Source: Planctomycetia bacterium
GTDB lineage: Bacteria > Planctomycetota > Planctomycetia > Pirellulales > UBA1268
NCBI GenBank assembly: GCA_046343855.1
Contig: JBKDMX010000046.1
Location: 4,483 to 68,482 of the forward strand
Length of the DNA stretch: 64,000 bases
Direction of reading: 5' to 3'
Of the stretch, positions 17,557 through 24,966 are shown in pieces. The first letter of the stretch is position 1. Each line of letters opens with the position of its first letter. The notes beneath the pieces are model-generated. The model searched no databases. It worked only from the letters and a program-made list of their open reading frames with translations, and was not told the origin of the DNA. The position numbers and the translations under genes are program-made.

Positions 17557-17683
17557 CCATTCTGGAATACGTGTAGCGACGACTCGGCACACCACGGACG
17601 GAGGCGAAGGGATCGGCTGAAGCTCGACGAGCATTTGGCCGCCGCGGCCACCGCGAGTCGACTTCTGCCGTCCCGAAGCCGGC
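17557..17683 (+). repeat. family B long variant, copy 1
   Basis: Differs from 32800-32925 by 3 substitutions and 1 indel by my alignment. The last ~95 nt are identical. Confidence 0.9.
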
Positions 17684-17831
17684 GATACACGTACGTCCGA
17701 TGCGCTCGAGCACCCCGGACTCGAGCGCCCCGGCCCCGCGCGAGGGGCGTCGGCCGCGACGGTCAGGCGAGACCCTTGTATCCGGCTCCGGCCTGCCTCA
17801 TTCTGTGTGGCCTCCCCTCGGGAACCACGCG

Positions 17832-18743
17832 ATGAGCACGACCAGATCCGCCGACCGCGCCAGCCTCCTCGAATCGCTTCGCTGGAAGAAGTTTCCGGTG
17901 CTCGACGACGGCTTCGTGGCGCTCGTCGATTGCATGGGCGACGACGGCTCGGTGGTGCAGGCGGCCCGCGTCAGCTACGGCGAGGGCACGCGGAAGGTGA
18001 GCGACGACCGCCAACTCATCCGCTATCTGATGCGGCATGCCCACACCACGCCCTTCGAGATGGCGGAGTTGAAGTTCGTCGTCCGCGTGCCGATGGATTG
18101 CTGGCGGCAGTGGATCCGCCATCGCACCGCGAGCGTGAACGAGTATTCGACGCGGTATTCGCTTGCGATCGATTCGATGCAGGCGACCCACGACAACGAG
18201 TGGCGGGCCCAGGCCGCGAACAACCGCCAGGGCTCGGGCGACCTCCTGCCGAAGGCGGTCGGCCACAAGCTCACGCAATCGGAAACGGAATTGCAGAGCT
18301 TCGCACGCCGCGTCTACGAGGAGCGGCTCGAAGCCGGCATCGCGCGCGAGCAGGCCCGCAAGGATCTGCCGCTGGCGACGTATACCGAGGCCTACTGGAA
18401 GATCGACCTCCACAACCTGCTGCACTTCCTGGCCCTGAGGATGGACTCGCACGCCCAGCTCGAGATCCGCCGCTATGCCGAGACGATCGGCCAGCAGATC
18501 GTGCAGCCGCTCTTCCCGCTCGTCTGGGAGGCGTTTCTCGACTATCGCGTCGAGGCGATGCGGCTCACGAAGCTCGATCGCGGCGTGATCCAACGGCTCG
18601 TCGCCCAGGCCGGCCCCAAGGGACTGCCCGCCTCGCAGGAAGGATTCCTCGCCGCGCAAGACCCATCCTGGCAGAGCCTCGAACGGTCGCGCGAGCGTGA
18701 CGAGTGCCTGCAGAAGCTGATGTCGCTCGGCCTCGTGAAGTAA
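17832..18743 (+). CDS. thyX: FAD-dependent thymidylate synthase
   Basis: ATG at 17832. ThyX signature RHRTASVNEYSTRY, plus HTTPFEM. Confidence 0.92.
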   Translation: MSTTRSADRASLLESLRWKKFPVLDDGFVALVDCMGDDGSVVQAARVSYGEGTRKVSDDRQLIRYLMRHAHTTPFEMAELKFVVRVPMDCWRQWIRHRTASVNEYSTRYSLAIDSMQATHDNEWRAQAANNRQGSGDLLPKAVGHKLTQSETELQSFARRVYEERLEAGIAREQARKDLPLATYTEAYWKIDLHNLLHFLALRMDSHAQLEIRRYAETIGQQIVQPLFPLVWEAFLDYRVEAMRLTKLDRGVIQRLVAQAGPKGLPASQEGFLAAQDPSWQSLERSRERDECLQKLMSLGLVK

Positions 18744-18761
18744 GCACCCCCGGAGCATCGC

Positions 18762-19154
18762 ATGGAACCCGTCGTCGCCGAACTGATCAAGCTCAATCAG
18801 CAGTTGCTCACCGCCATCGCGTCGGGCGACTGGGATGCCTACCGCAGCCTGGTGGCCTCCGACATCACCTGCTTCGAGCCGGAGGCCCGCGGGCATCTCG
18901 TGGAAGGGCTCGCCTTTCACGAGTTTTATTTCAAGCTGTCGGGGGGCACGTCGCAGCCCGCCAAGCATCTCACGACGACGATGGTCGCGCCGAAGGTGCG
19001 GCTGCTGTCCGACACCGCCGCGGTGATCTCGTACGTGCGGCTCGTGCAGAAGCTCGACGACGCCGGCAAGCCGGTGACGGTCAGCTCCGAGGAGACTCGC
19101 GTCTGGCAAAAGCTCGGCGGCCGCTGGCAGCACGTCCACTTCCACCGCTCGTAG
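18762..19154 (+). CDS. CaMKII association-domain-like (NTF2 fold) protein
   Basis: FEPEARGHLVEGLAFHEFYF and the C-terminal EETRVWQKLGGRWQHVHFHRS closely mirror the CaMKII_AD family. The TAG stop lies in a family D hairpin. Confidence 0.75.
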   Translation: MEPVVAELIKLNQQLLTAIASGDWDAYRSLVASDITCFEPEARGHLVEGLAFHEFYFKLSGGTSQPAKHLTTTMVAPKVRLLSDTAAVISYVRLVQKLDDAGKPVTVSSEETRVWQKLGGRWQHVHFHRS

Positions 19155-19174
19155 GACAGGCGTCTCTGCCTGTC
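19151..19174. repeat. family D hairpin (variant loop)
   Basis: GTAGGACAGGCGTCTCTGCCTGTC. Its TAG is the stop of CDS 18762-19154. Confidence 0.8.
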
Positions 19175-19175
19175 T

Positions 19176-19201
19176 GTGACAGGCGCGGAGGCCTGTCGTA
19201 C
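19176..19201. repeat. family D hairpin (loop GCGGAG)
   Basis: GTGACAGGCGCGGAGGCCTGTCGTAC. Confidence 0.8.
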
Positions 19202-19223
19202 GAAAGGGCGGAGCCCGTCAAGC

Positions 19224-19249
19224 AAAAACGGACAGGATGTCCGTGTTTT
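19224..19249. terminator. bidirectional intrinsic terminator-like hairpin between convergent genes
   Basis: AAAAACGGAC-AGGAT-GTCCGTGTTTT. A-run and T-run flank a 6-bp stem. Confidence 0.45.
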
Positions 19250-19260
19250 GCGTGTAGACA

Positions 19261-19282
19261 GACAGGCTGAAGCCTATCCTAC
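19261..19282. repeat. family D hairpin (loop TGAA)
   Basis: GACAGGCTGAAGCCTATCCTAC. It supplies the moeA TAG stop on the minus strand. Confidence 0.8.
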
Positions 19283-20520
19283 CGGATCACGATCTCGACC
19301 TCGTCGCCGGCTTCGAAGCGCGTGCCGCCGGCGGGCAGGGCGATCATCCCGCCGGCGCCGGCGAGGCCGAGCAGGTCGGAGGAGCCGGTCCAGACGAGCG
19401 GCGTGGCATCGATCCCGTGCGACGTGTGCGCGAGCGTGCAGGGCAGGTAGACCGGCCTGTCGGGGGCGGCCTTCGCCGGCGCCGTGAGCCGCGCCCGACC
19501 GCGCGGAAGATGCCAGTGCTCGCGGGCCGCGCCGGCGAGGATCTGGATCGCCGGCCGCGTGAAGAGTTCGAAGCAGACGAGGCTGCTCGCCGGATTGCCC
19601 GGCAGGCCAAAGACGAGCGTGGGGGCCGCCTGCTCACGGGGCAGCGCGCCGAAGAAGACCGGCTTGCCCGGCTTGAGCCGCACCTTGTGGAAGATCTTCT
19701 CGACACCGCAGAGCCGGAAGATCTCCGGCACGAGGTCGAGATCGCCGGCCGACACGCCGCCGGAGAGCACGAGCACGTCGGCCGCGAGCCCCTGCGCCAC
19801 CGCCGCGCGGATCGCCTCCGGCCGGTCGGGGGCGATGCCCAGCGGGATCGGCTCGCCGCCGAGCAGCTTCACGGCGGCGAAGAGCATCGGGCCATTGCTG
19901 TTGCGCGTTTGGCCGAAGGCGGGCACCTCGTCGGTCGGCACGAGCTCGCTGCCGGTCGAGAGGATCGCCACGCGCACCTGCGTCGCGGCGACGACGTGTG
20001 TCGCACCCGCCTCGGCGGCCAGGCCGGTCTCGGCGGCCCCGAGCGTCATCCCGGCGGCGAGCACCTGCTGCCCGCGGCGAAACGCCGCCCCCTGCCGGGC
20101 GATGTGCTGGCCGGGGCGGAACTTCTCGTCGCGGAGCCGCACCTTTGCCCCGGCATGCACGCCGCGGCTATCGTCGACGGCGCACTCGACGGGAATGACG
20201 GCGTCGGCCCCCGCAGGCATCGGCGCCCCGGTCATGATCCGCGCGCACGCGCCGGGCTTGATCTGGAGCGTGGTGACGTCGCCGGCCGCGAGATCCACGA
20301 CGACGTCCAGCTCCAGCACGCCATCGCGGGCGGCGATCGCGTCGTCGCTCAAGAGCGCGAAGCCGTCCATCATCGCCCGGTCCCACGGAGGCGAATCGAC
20401 GTCGGAGACGACGCGCGTTGCGAGCCTGCGGCCGTAGGCGTCGAGCAATCGCGTCCGCCGCGGCGGCAGCGGGGCGGCGGTCTTCTCGATGAGGGCGATG
20501 GCTTCGGCGAGGTCGATCAT
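19279..20520 (-). CDS. moeA: molybdopterin molybdenumtransferase
   Basis: 413 aa. SPPWDRAMMDGFAL, LSTGSEL and GLPGNPAS motifs. The TAG stop lies in a family D hairpin. Confidence 0.9.
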   Translation of the reverse strand: MIDLAEAIALIEKTAAPLPPRRTRLLDAYGRRLATRVVSDVDSPPWDRAMMDGFALLSDDAIAARDGVLELDVVVDLAAGDVTTLQIKPGACARIMTGAPMPAGADAVIPVECAVDDSRGVHAGAKVRLRDEKFRPGQHIARQGAAFRRGQQVLAAGMTLGAAETGLAAEAGATHVVAATQVRVAILSTGSELVPTDEVPAFGQTRNSNGPMLFAAVKLLGGEPIPLGIAPDRPEAIRAAVAQGLAADVLVLSGGVSAGDLDLVPEIFRLCGVEKIFHKVRLKPGKPVFFGALPREQAAPTLVFGLPGNPASSLVCFELFTRPAIQILAGAAREHWHLPRGRARLTAPAKAAPDRPVYLPCTLAHTSHGIDATPLVWTGSSDLLGLAGAGGMIALPAGGTRFEAGDEVEIVIR

Positions 20521-20543
20521 GAATCGTGGCAGGATGAAGATGC

Positions 20544-20565
20544 GACAGGCTGAAGCCTGTCCTAC
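20544..20565. repeat. family D hairpin (loop TGAA)
   Basis: GACAGGCTGAAGCCTGTCCTAC. It supplies the trpG-like gene TAG stop on the minus strand. Confidence 0.85.
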
Positions 20566-21143
20566 CGGTGCAGGAACGTGCGCAGCAGGTCGTAGCCCGC
20601 CGGCGTCAGGAAGCTCTCGGGGTGGAACTGCACGCCATAGATCGGCAGCGTCTGATGGCGGATCGCCATGATCTCGCGCGAGCCGTCGGGTGCGGTGGAC
20701 CAGGCATCGACCTCGAAGTCGCGGGGCAGCGTGGGCGGATCGATCACGAGGCTGTGATACCGCGTGGCCTCGATCGGGCTTTCCAAGCCGGCGAAGAGCC
20801 CCTTGCCCGCATGCTCGATCCGATCGACCTTGCCGTGCATGAGCCGCTTGGCCCGCACGATCCTGCCACCGAAGACCTGGCCGATCGACTGGTGGCCGAG
20901 GCAGACGCCGAGGATCGGCATCCGACCGGCGAACCGCCTGACGACGTCGCAGGAGATGCCGGCATCATCCGGCGTGCACGGCCCCGGCGAGATCACGAGG
21001 TGGCTCGGCGCCTTCTTTGCGATCTCGTCGCCGGTGATCTTGTCGTTGCGATGGACCTCGAGCGGCATCTCGGGCGCGATCTCGCCGATCCGCTGCACGA
21101 GGTTCCAGGTGAACGAGTCGTAATTATCAATGAGGAGGATCAT
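20562..21143 (-). CDS. trpG: anthranilate/aminodeoxychorismate synthase component II (glutamine amidotransferase)
   Basis: ATG at 21143 (GAGGAGG RBS). MILLIDNYDSFTWNLVQ, GVCLGHQ, QFHPES. The TAG stop lies in a family D hairpin. Confidence 0.9.
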   Translation of the reverse strand: MILLIDNYDSFTWNLVQRIGEIAPEMPLEVHRNDKITGDEIAKKAPSHLVISPGPCTPDDAGISCDVVRRFAGRMPILGVCLGHQSIGQVFGGRIVRAKRLMHGKVDRIEHAGKGLFAGLESPIEATRYHSLVIDPPTLPRDFEVDAWSTAPDGSREIMAIRHQTLPIYGVQFHPESFLTPAGYDLLRTFLHR

Positions 21144-21167
21144 GTATTTCGTTTGACGAGGGAGGCT

Positions 21168-21314
21168 GGAATCGGCGGAAGCTCGACGAGCATTTGGACC
21201 GAGTCCGCGAGGGCCACCGCGAGGAGACTTCTGCCGTTCCAGCCGACCGGACCGGCAAAAGGTTCCTCGCGGAAGCCGCGGCGGCCTAACGCTCGTCATG
21301 CTTCCGCCGATTCC
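21168..21314 (+). repeat. family B element with 24-bp terminal inverted repeats (most complete form)
   Basis: GGAATCGGCGGAAGCTCGACGAGC (21168-21191) against the reverse complement of 21291-21314, 22/24 identical. B core in the left half. Confidence 0.85.
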
Positions 21315-21330
21315 GGCCTTTGGTTTTCCG

Positions 21331-21618
21331 TTACTCCAAAAGAGTGCTCGGGTGCCCTTCGCGGTCGACCAGCGGCATGACCTGGGGCCTGTAAATGGTG
21401 GTGTAGGCCTCGGCGAGGCGGTGGGCGTCGATCGCCGCCTGGCTGGCCCAGTGCTCCACGAGCGTGAACCGCTTCAGCTCGGCCGTCGAATGGTAGACGT
21501 CAAACCGCAGGCAGCCGGACTCGGCGCGGCTCTTTCGCATCGCCTGCACGAGCAGGTCGCGAATCTTCGGCACGTCGGCCGGGTCTTTGGCCGTCAGCAG
21601 CACAGTCAGGCAGATCAT
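21331..21618 (-). CDS. antibiotic-biosynthesis-monooxygenase (ABM) domain protein
   Basis: ATG at 21618, 5 nt after AGGAGG. ESGCLRFDVY...FTLVEHWASQAAIDAH is typical of ABM. Confidence 0.7.
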   Translation of the reverse strand: MICLTVLLTAKDPADVPKIRDLLVQAMRKSRAESGCLRFDVYHSTAELKRFTLVEHWASQAAIDAHRLAEAYTTIYRPQVMPLVDREGHPSTLLE

Positions 21619-21634
21619 GGGCACCTCCTGCCCC

Positions 21635-22477
21635 CTACTCTACCAGCACGATCGGTGTGGCGGCGGCCCCGACCGCGATCCTGCGGGCAAGGATGCGGAT
21701 GTAGGGCGGAATGAACGCGGCCCGGTGGGCGAAGGTGCCGGCTACCGCGCCCGGCTGGGTGTGGTCGGGCTCGCAGACATCCTCGATCGTGAAGCCGGCG
21801 GCGCAGATGCCGCCGAGCAGGGCCGAGAGCGAGTGGACGAATTCCTGCGTGCCGGCCTCGCGGAGCCGCGATGGCGGCTCCGGTGGAAGCGGCTGGCCGC
21901 CGGCCTGCGGATGCACGATTGCATAACGACCCAAAGCGTCGGGTTCGAGCGACGCCTGCAGGCTCGCGGGCGACTTGTGCTGGCTGACGTAGAGCCCGCC
22001 CGGCTTCGTCACGCGGGCCACCTCGCGAAACACCCGCGCCACGTCCGATAGGTAGCAGGTGCTCACGGGATGGATCACCAGGTCGAATCGGCCTTCCCTG
22101 AGCATCGAGAGATCGTCCATCGATCCCTGGAGGATCTCGAGGTCGATCTTCCGTTCGCGGGCGACCTGCCGATCGAGGTCGAGCATCGCCGGCGAGATGT
22201 CGAGCACGGTCACCTTCGCGCCGGCAGCCGCATAGAGCGGGCCATGTTTTCCACCGCCGGCGGCGAGGCAGAGCACGGCGAGACCGTCGAGCCGCCCGGG
22301 CAGCCACGAGCGCCCGGCCGCGCCAACCGAGCCGCCGCTGCCGAGCCACGCGCGCGGATCGCCGAACGCCTCGTCCACGGCCGGCCGCGCGAGCGCCGCC
22401 CTGCCCTGCGCGAGACGATCCCACGCGCGGGCATTCTGGTCGAGCACCGCCTCGCGCGACACGGCCGGCCGGTTCAT
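21635..22477 (-). CDS. class I SAM-dependent methyltransferase
   Basis: ATG at 22477 overlaps the upstream stop (ATGA). Motif I VLCLAAGGG, VTVLDISPAML, TKPGGLYV. Confidence 0.8.
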   Translation of the reverse strand: MNRPAVSREAVLDQNARAWDRLAQGRAALARPAVDEAFGDPRAWLGSGGSVGAAGRSWLPGRLDGLAVLCLAAGGGKHGPLYAAAGAKVTVLDISPAMLDLDRQVARERKIDLEILQGSMDDLSMLREGRFDLVIHPVSTCYLSDVARVFREVARVTKPGGLYVSQHKSPASLQASLEPDALGRYAIVHPQAGGQPLPPEPPSRLREAGTQEFVHSLSALLGGICAAGFTIEDVCEPDHTQPGAVAGTFAHRAAFIPPYIRILARRIAVGAAATPIVLVE

Positions 22478-23274
22478 CCCGCCCGCGCCCGCCGCCGCCA
22501 CGCGATCCACGCCGCAGCCCCGCAGGCCGCGAGCACGAAGCCCGACGGCTCGGGCACGGCGTACGTCAGGTTGTCCATCGCGAAATAGGCGGGGGTATTC
22601 AACCCGTAGTCGCCAACGTCACTTCCAGCAAATGAAAACGCCAGGCTGTCGATGGTGTCCAAGCCGCTGAGATCGAACCAGTTCCAACCCGATCGGACAC
22701 CAACGGGCGTTGCACCGCGCAGGTCAGCGAGAAAAAATTCCACGGAACCCACCGTTGCGCCATTCCGTGATCCCGTGGCGGTGACCGAGAACCAGTCGCC
22801 CGGTCCCAGCGGAATTGAGAATCCTTCCGGATCTGTTTCTGTCATGATGCCGTACGCATAAGTCGTATTGGCGATCCGGAAACCGCTGGCCTTGACCGGC
22901 TCCGAAAACACGATGGCCGCGGCGCTCGAGTAGGCGACCGCATAGTTCGTCGACTGATAGCCGCCGCCAGGTTTTGAGGCGTATTGATTGGTCCACGTGC
23001 CGTCGGTCGTGTTTACGACGTTCGAGATGGCAAAGCCGCTCCAATAAGGGAAATTCCATGTGGCGTCGATGCCGAACGTGTTGGAAAACGACACCCCTTC
23101 AAACTGAAAAGGCACACTGACAGAGCCGCCCGGCGACAACGTGCCGGGATTCCCGTTGAGGTAACCGCTCGAGGGCATACTCGCGCTCTCGAACGTAATG
23201 ACGTCAGCTTTTACAGCGATGTTCGCGGTGATCACCAGGGCGACAAGCGTGCAGATACTCTTGCGCAGGTTCAT
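22474..23274 (-). CDS. PEP-CTERM sorting-domain secreted protein (DUF4465-like N-domain, tentative)
   Basis: ATG at 23274, signal peptide, C-terminal VPEPSGFVLAACGAAAWIAWRRR. Confidence 0.75.
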   Translation of the reverse strand: MNLRKSICTLVALVITANIAVKADVITFESASMPSSGYLNGNPGTLSPGGSVSVPFQFEGVSFSNTFGIDATWNFPYWSGFAISNVVNTTDGTWTNQYASKPGGGYQSTNYAVAYSSAAAIVFSEPVKASGFRIANTTYAYGIMTETDPEGFSIPLGPGDWFSVTATGSRNGATVGSVEFFLADLRGATPVGVRSGWNWFDLSGLDTIDSLAFSFAGSDVGDYGLNTPAYFAMDNLTYAVPEPSGFVLAACGAAAWIAWRRRARAG

Positions 23275-24113
23275 GGGGCACTCCAAGGGGAGGTGAGGCT
23301 CTCGCCGCCTGACCGCGTGATCGCGGCGGCGAGAATGCGGAGGTCTGTCGATTCCGCAATAAGGTGGACGGAACCGTCGCCGGCGAGGCCGTGGGCTCCT
23401 TGGGGATGGCGACTGCGAATTTCGTCCTCCCAGGTCGGCCAATTGACCGCGTAACGCTGGTCGAAGAGGTTGTAGCCGTTGATCCACTGGCCATCGGGCC
23501 AGGCTGCAGCGGCGCATTCGCCCACGAATATCGTCCGTGAAAGGCCGTCGGGGATTTCCCGTTCCGCAAAGCCGCGATCGTTGACAAACACACCTTTCGC
23601 AGGATTGTTCGGCGCAAAGATCCGCTCGCCGTTGAGGCCGCCGTAATCGCTTCCGCCAAAGCCATGAACGATCCCCCCTTGCCGGTCAGCCGATGGGCAA
23701 AGGAATACCGTTATCGCGGTCTTCGCAGCGGCTGCATTCGCCGGGTCGTCATAAGGCTTGGTCAGATCGAGGCGATCGGCGATTTCCTGGGCTTCAAGCC
23801 ACGGCAGTATCCAGGCGCTCCACGCCAGGTTGCGTTTCTGTCTCTCGATCGCAGTCGTCGCATTTGGCATTCTCCACTCCGTGCAGCCCACCGGAAACTT
23901 CCGGGTGGCCAGCAGATGCCCGTGGAGCGCGCAGCCGATATGACGGAGATTGTTCGCGCAACTCACCCGCCGGGCCGCCTCGCGGGCCGACTGCACGGCC
24001 GGGAGCAGGAGCGCGACGAGCGCGGCCACGATCGCCACGACGACGAGCAACTCGACGAGCGTCATGCCAACGCGGGAACGCGCGGCAGGTTTCGCGGGAA
24101 TGGTCGTGTCCAT
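23271..24113 (-). CDS. DUF1559 / H-X9-DG family protein with prepilin-type N-terminal methylation motif
   Basis: ATG at 24113. GMTLVELLVVVAI, then AREAARR..C.NNL. C-terminal H-PQGAHGLAG-DG (H-X9-DG). Confidence 0.85.
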   Translation of the reverse strand: MDTTIPAKPAARSRVGMTLVELLVVVAIVAALVALLLPAVQSAREAARRVSCANNLRHIGCALHGHLLATRKFPVGCTEWRMPNATTAIERQKRNLAWSAWILPWLEAQEIADRLDLTKPYDDPANAAAAKTAITVFLCPSADRQGGIVHGFGGSDYGGLNGERIFAPNNPAKGVFVNDRGFAEREIPDGLSRTIFVGECAAAAWPDGQWINGYNLFDQRYAVNWPTWEDEIRSRHPQGAHGLAGDGSVHLIAESTDLRILAAAITRSGGESLTSPWSAP

Positions 24114-24590
24114 ACGCTGCGGGCGCACGCAAGCGCATCGCAAACCCCGGAGGTGAGCGCAGCCCGAACCCGGACCATTCACACCATCGGCGGCGCGATG
24201 CTTGCAGGAGCGTTGCTCGAAGACCTGTCGACCGGCCGCACCGGACTATTCCGGCGCCACCGTGCCTGCCTCCCCGCCCTCGCAGCTTGGCATGCTCTTG
24301 AAAACTGGTAGGTCTTCTGACTCCCAGACTCAGCCGGCTGCATGCCTTCTCGCGAGCAACGAGGCTTTCGCCGCGCCATCGCAATGGCCAGACCACAGCC
24401 AGCCTCGTCGCCTGGATACAGCGGCGGGGCCGTCCCGGAATCACACCGGAGTTCCCTGTTTGCCCATCGAAAGCAGATGCGATCGCTAGGCCACCAGAAT
24501 CGTGAAGGGCAATCTATCGGGGGGTGGGAGCCTGTCAAGCGGCGCCGGTTTCACTCGCCTGACCGGCAGACTTTCACACGCGTCTCGAGC

Positions 24591-24644
24591 GGCTGTGAAA
24601 CTGTGCCGATCAGGGTGCGAAAACGGCTGAAACTATGCCGGTCA
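24591..24644 (+). promoter_or_regulatory. direct repeat pair TGAAACTRTGCCGRTCA spaced 32 bp in the long non-coding region
   Basis: GGCTGTGAAACTGTGCCGATCA (24591-24612) and GGCTGAAACTATGCCGGTCA (24625-24644). Confidence 0.35.
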
Positions 24645-24920
24645 TGCGGTCTCGCGCCGCATAGTTTACGCATGCGGAAAGCGTGGCATTTCTTACCCAA
24701 CGCGCAGCCGTAAGTCGTTGCCATAAAAAAACTTGGAGACACTCAAGCCGCCTTCGTCCATCCGTCGATAGCCACCTTGACCCCCGGGGCAATCACTGTG
24801 CCCGTCGGGCAACCAGGGGGCGGCAGCAACCTGCAATGCTTCGAGTCACGGAATGGCTCGACAGGCCTGTCGCGGAAAAGTTCGTGGATCACAACCTCGG
24901 GGCAACGAAGCCTCAAGAAC

Positions 24921-24934
24921 GGAAGTCGACTTCC
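24921..24934. promoter_or_regulatory. perfect 14-bp palindrome upstream of the Cys-rich protein gene
   Basis: GGAAGTCGACTTCC, 33 nt upstream of ATG 24967. Confidence 0.35.
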
Positions 24935-24966
24935 GGGTGCTCCACAAGCAAAGGAGATGTGGCTCG

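Noticed and set aside
12771-19282. Clusters of similar hairpins (12771-12875 and 19151-19282), considered as possible CRISPR arrays.
   Set aside because: There are only 2-3 units per cluster, spacing is irregular and only a few nucleotides, the units occur in mixed orientations, and no cas genes are present. They are dispersed REP-like hairpins.
24288-24301. TGGCATGCTCTTGA, superficially like a sigma54 -24/-12 promoter.
   Set aside because: The spacing is off by one, and the -12 element reads TTGA rather than TTGC. It is not convincing.
24179-24792. Small ORFs inside the long intergenic island: 24179..24538(-), 24342..24713(+), 24551..24742(-) and 24610..24792(-).
   Set aside because: There is no RBS and no coding-type GC3 bias. 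The sequences are Arg/Ser-rich and the ORFs overlap one another.
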